From Zootoca vivipara (taxonomy: Eukaryota), in assembly GCF_963506605.1 (NCBI RefSeq), contig NC_083288.1, forward strand, positions 32,922,001-32,986,000: DNA of 64,000 nt, written 5' to 3'. The notes beneath the pieces were generated by a model. The model did not search any database. It was not told the DNA's origin and saw only the letters and a list, made by a program, of their open reading frames with translations. Within the stretch, counting starts at the first letter, position 1; every line of letters begins with the position of its first letter. Below are positions 60,930 through 64,000 of this stretch, piece by piece. The position numbers and the translations under genes are program-made.

Positions 60930-63359
60930 TGTTTAAAGGATGTTTGTTAGAGAATGTCTTATTAAGCAGTCAGGGGTGGGCAGCTGTTGTGACCCATTGT
61001 GACACGCCTACATCCCTAGAGAGCAATGCTGGGGTCAAGTGGTCACCTATCGGGAAGCTCCCTGGTCACCACTCTGAATTTTTGAGCTTTCCCATCATCT
61101 GGTCATTCAATTCCAGCCACCCACTAAGTGGGTGGGGCTTTAAACTGTTAGTCCTCAGAGACTGTAGTCGGCTGAAGAACCACTCTGCCGGCCCTCCCTA
61201 TTCACTGATGCTGTGGGTTTGTTGTTTGTTAATCTTTTTTCTTTCTAACGTACTGTGTTTATTGGCTTTCCTCTAGTTCAGTAATGGTTCCTGTATTCAG
61301 AACCGGGAAGGAATTTGCCTCTAAACCGATTGGCCCCTTTGTTGGTTTTGCCTTCCTTATAGCAATAGTCACATCTTTGGCAGGGAAGGCATCTAGGCAG
61401 GCTAACATCCTGGGGTGGGTGATGTGATACACAAACCCCACCTCAGAAGTGTGCGATAACAGGGTTCCCTGTAAGAGTGGTCTTGTTGGAAGTCTATGTC
61501 CAAAACCAAGGTGTGTAGCAGGTGGCCCATAGAGGTTTCTTCACCAACCTGGGAGGGTCATACATGTAGACCTGCATCTTTCATGGACATACTAATCTTG
61601 GGCTTGACCCTTGCAACAGCCTTTAACCAGGGAGACTGTGTGGGATATACACCCTTGTTGTTGTTGTTGTTGTTGTTGTTGCTGCTGTTTAGCCATTTAG
61701 TCAGTCCGACTCTTCGTGACCCCATGGACCAGAGCACGCCAGGTACTCCTGTCTTGCACTGCCTCCCACAGTTTGGTCAGACTCATGTTGAGAGAACACT
61801 GTCCAACCATCTCATCCTCTGTTGTCCCCTTCTCCTTGCACCCTCCATCTTTCCCAGCATCAGGGTCTTTTCCAGGGAGTCTTCTCTTCTCATGAGGTGG
61901 CCAAAGTATTGGAGCCTCGGCTTCACGATCTGTCCTTCCAGTGAGCACTCAGGGCTGATTTCCTTAAGAATGGATAGGTTTGATCTTCTTGCAGACCATG
62001 GGACTCTCAAGAGTCTCCTCCAGCACCATAATTCAAAAGCATCAATTCTTCAGCGATCAGCCTTCTTTATGGTCCAGCTCTCACTTCCATACAACACTAC
62101 TGGGAAAACCATAGCTTGAACTATACGGACCTTTGTCGGCAAGGTGATGTCTCTGCTTTTTAAGATGCTGTCTAGGTTTGTCATTGCCTTTCTCCCAAGA
62201 AGCAGGCATCTTTTAATTTCGTGACTGCTGTCACCATCTGCAGTGATCATGCAGCCCAAGAAAGTAAAATCTCTCACTGCCGCCATTTCTTCCCCTTCTA
62301 TTTGCCAGGAGGTGATGGGACCAGTGGCCATGATCTTAGGCTTTTTTTTTTTTATGTTGAGCATCAGACCATATTTTGCACTCTCCTCTTTCACCCTCAT
62401 TAAAAGGTTCTTTAATTCCTCCTCACCTTCTGCCATCAAGGTTGTCTCATCAGCATATCTGAGGGTGTTGATATTTCTTCCGGCAGTCTTAATTCCGGCT
62501 TGGGATTCATCCAGTCCAGCCTTTCGCATGATGAATTCTGCACATAAGTTAAATAAGCAGGGAGAAAATATACAGCCTTGTCGTACTCCTTTCCCAATTT
62601 TGAACCAATTAGTTATTCCATATCCAGTTCTAACTGTAGCTTCTTGTCCCACATAGAGATTTCTCAGGAGACAGATGAGGTGATCAGGCACTCCCATTTC
62701 TTTAAGACCTTGCCATAGTTTGCTGTGGTCAACACAGTCAAATGCTATTGCGTAGTCAATGAAGGAAAAGTAAATGTTTTTCTGGAACTCTCTAGCTTTC
62801 TCCATAATCCAGCGCATATTTGCTATTTGGTCTCTGGTTCCTCTGCCTCTTCGAAATCCAGCTTGCCCTTCTGGGAGTTATCGGTCCACATACTGCTTAA
62901 GCCTGCCTCGTAGAATTTTAAGCATAACCTTGCTAGCATGTGAAATGAGTGTAATTGTGCAGTAGTTGGAGCATTCTTTGGCACTGCCCTTCTTTGGGAT
63001 TGGGATGTAGACTGATCTTCTCCAATCCTCTGGCCATTGCTGAGTTTTCCAAACTTGCTGGCATACTGAGTGTAGCACCTTAACAGCATCATCTTTCAAA
63101 ATTTTAAATAGTTCGGCTGGAATATCATCACTTCCACTGGCATTGTTATTAGCAGTGCTTTCTAAGGCCCATTTTACTTCACTCTCCAGGATGTCTGGAA
63201 GGAGATATACACCCTTTGCCCAAGAAAAGTCCAACCTACATCTGGAATCAATAAAGTTGTGGCTAAAATTAAATCCCAGACGCTTGTCCTGTCCAGTCAT
63301 TTCACCTTCACAGGCTTGGCCTTGCTCCCTGAGGAGGGGTCACGGTGAGTGGGTCCACA
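60930..63359. mobile_element. Unclassified ~860-bp insert (possibly LTR-derived) hosting the BovB element
   Basis: 60930-61656 plus 63217-63359 have no counterpart in paralogous intron 5; TG...CA ends plausible, no TSD found. Confidence 0.4.
61657..63203 (-). mobile_element. RTE-BovB LINE, 5'-truncated and frameshifted
   Basis: RT motifs FIDY..AFDCVDH, GVRQGCIFSPCLFN, LRYADETTL; BovB C-terminus LQYFGHLMRREDSLEKTLMLGK...WRALVHGVTKSRT; (CAA)n tail; 13-bp TSD gatatacaccctt (61644-61656, 63204-63216). Confidence 0.93.
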
Positions 63360-63693
63360 ATAAGCAGAGTTTGCTACGCAAAATCAGCTGTTCATTGTGA
63401 ATTAATTCTGCTTAGTTTGTGGGAATATTAGAAAAGGTTGCATCAAGCAAATATAATATTAATTGTTCCAATCTACTTCCAAATCACATTCCTTATTATA
63501 AAATAAATGTGCTTTTTGAGGTGGGACTTTCTTGTGCAAGAGCTCCAAATACACTTTAATGGCTTAACTTTAATTTAACTTAGCTCGCTAAGTCTACACT
63601 TTATTGAAAAGTACACAAATGGCTCTTGTAAAGCCAAAGAAGTGTAATTTTAGCTTCTGAAAATGACAGGTAATGCTAAACAATAATAAAAAA

Positions 63694-63695
<2 letters not shown>

Positions 63696-63737
<42 letters not shown>

Positions 63738-63787
63738 TCTAAGCTCTGGTCCATGGGGTCAAGAAGAATAGGAAAAGGCTAAACGAC

Positions 63788-63823
<36 letters not shown>

Positions 63824-63850
63824 CAACAACAACAACAACAACAACAACAT
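63696..63850. repeat. (TAA)n and (CAA)n microsatellites
   Basis: Direct reading (63696-63737 and 63788-63849). Confidence 0.9.
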
Positions 63851-64000
63851 GACAACAAGTAATTGGAAGTGTCTTTTAATGACTTCATTCATTTTACACA
63901 TATTTTACTTACCCTGCAAAACTATATCATCATGAGTAAAATATCTTTTGAATTCCCGAGTCATGTTACAACTTTTGAGCACTTCTCATATATGGAATTC

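Overview
Eukaryotic (vertebrate) DNA, almost certainly a squamate reptile and probably a lacertid lizard, judging from Sauria SINEs, Squam3-like SINEs and RTE-BovB. The window is a head-to-tail, plus-strand tandem cluster of six vomeronasal type-2 receptor (V2R, class C GPCR) genes. Five are complete six-exon genes with open frames and GT-AG junctions (about 873-876 aa). The sixth lacks only its 7TM exon, which should lie beyond the right edge. Genes 3-6 are recent, mosaic duplicates; genes 1 and 2 are more divergent. Introns and spacers are filled with L2, L1 and RTE-BovB fragments, SINEs, hAT and Tc1/pogo-type MITEs and solo LTRs, many with target-site duplications (TSDs) confirmed by empty sites in paralogs. 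The features most worth following up are: a young 1.1-kb CpG-rich hAT-type insertion whose interior resembles captured promoter/first-exon DNA; a circularly permuted relic of the 7TM exon; orphan exon-1 relics carried in the duplication unit; a conserved upstream non-coding module before all six genes; and strongly uneven divergence between ligand-binding exon 3 and 7TM exon 6. I found no evidence for a wholly new class of biological system; these leads are hypotheses.
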